Positions 25,288 to 25,856 of a stretch of DNA of 25,856 bases are shown piece by piece (the stretch's first letter is position 1; each line of letters starts with the position of its first letter). Source of the DNA: a virus. Its lineage: Duplodnaviria; Caudoviricetes. Where the stretch lies: positions 1 through 25,856 of IMG/VR virus record IMGVR_UViG_3300023218_000068. One strand, given 5' to 3'. The notes beneath the pieces were generated by a model. The model did no database searches. It had not been told where the DNA came from and worked only from the letters and a program-made list of their open reading frames with translations. Both the position numbers and the translations under genes were made by a program.

Positions 25288-25856
25288 TGGCTATTCGATT
25301 TCACGGCGACGACGGGCTCGGCTGGAACAGCAAGAACTTCCTCAGCGGCGCGGCGGACGCCTCGATCGCGTTCTTCGCGCGCTTTCCGGCCCCGATCACG
25401 GCTCCGGGATCGTTGACGAACATCGCCGACTTCCGCGATCGCGGAGCTGTGGCGGTCCAGAGCGGCGGCGATGCCATCCGCGCCGACTTCGACGGCGTCT
25501 CCGGCAAGATCTCCGCCCCGATTCAGGCCGACACTGTCCTCCATGTCGCGGTGCTCTGGAAGGGCGGCAACCGACGGCAGCTCTACATCAACGGCGTGCT
25601 CCAAGACCAGAAGACGCACAGCCAGGCCACGATCGACACGGCGACCGGCATTGTCAAGTTCGGGGCCTTCAACAAATTCGGGGCCTCGCTCGATCCGGCC
25701 TTCAACATCGAGATCGAGAACCTGGCCTGGTGGGACGGCTACGCGCTCACCGAGCAGGAAATCAAGGACTTGCGGGACGGCACGCTCAGACCGGATGAGC
25801 TGCTCGTCCCGGCGGACCATTGGTACACGTTCGAAGGCCCGACCGACGCCTTAGTC
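25287..25856 (+). CDS. LamG-like virion protein, runs off the right edge (not in ORF track)
   Basis: Own translation MAIRFHGDDGLGW...LHVAVLWKGGNRRQLYINGVLQ...IENLAWWDGYALTEQEIKDL. Confidence 0.8.
   Translation, partial: MAIRFHGDDGLGWNSKNFLSGAADASIAFFARFPAPITAPGSLTNIADFRDRGAVAVQSGGDAIRADFDGVSGKISAPIQADTVLHVAVLWKGGNRRQLYINGVLQDQKTHSQATIDTATGIVKFGAFNKFGASLDPAFNIEIENLAWWDGYALTEQEIKDLRDGTLRPDELLVPADHWYTFEGPTDALV

Larger units (their letters stand above)
1..25856. mobile_element. Tailed phage / prophage genome segment (replication-recombination, immunity, putative lysis, packaging and head modules)
   Basis: TerS-TerL-portal-scaffold-capsid order on +; YqaJ-RecT-O-like-Hjc on -; dense translational coupling; no host housekeeping flank or integrase in the window. 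Confidence 0.95.

Noticed and set aside
25205-25854. Track ORFs 25205-25798 and 25471-25854
   Set aside because: Wrong frames; the coupled LamG-like frame starts at 25287
1-25856. Integrase/att, tRNA, reverse transcriptase/DGR, intron or intein, prohead protease
   Set aside because: No supporting motifs recognised; they may lie outside the window

Overview
The whole window looks like part of a tailed dsDNA (Caudoviricetes) phage or prophage genome, high GC. A Planctomycetota-like host is inferred only from the style of the receiver-domain and CsrA-like genes. No integrase, att site, tRNA, rRNA or CRISPR array was seen. Layout: (1) 1-8051, minus-strand early operon with a ribbon-helix-helix regulator, an orphan receiver-like domain, YqaJ exonuclease, RecT, a short lambda-O-like initiator, a DnaN beta clamp, an Hjc-like nuclease and small hypotheticals, many coupled by ATGA/GTGA overlaps. 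(2) 8052-9057, immunity-like region with an XRE-repressor-like gene apparently missing its HTH and a LITAF-like Zn/membrane protein. (3) 9058-9826, a ~770-bp non-coding region with two perfect 18-bp palindromes, a sigma54 -24/-12 match, a terminator-like hairpin and a GGA-dense run of hairpins. (4) 9827-10788, two leftward genes. (5) 10900-end, plus-strand operon: HTH and sigma-like genes, metallophosphoesterase, Dam-like methylase, an MMP-like metzincin among holin-like membrane genes, a CsrA-like gene, TerS, TerL, portal, scaffold, major capsid protein and LamG-type virion proteins, one frameshifted. Best novelty candidates: a possible phage Csr circuit (sigma54/enhancer-driven GGA-rich RNA plus phage CsrA-like protein), a protease-based lysis cassette, and a possible split sigma factor. 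All family calls come from motif recognition by eye; no searches were run.
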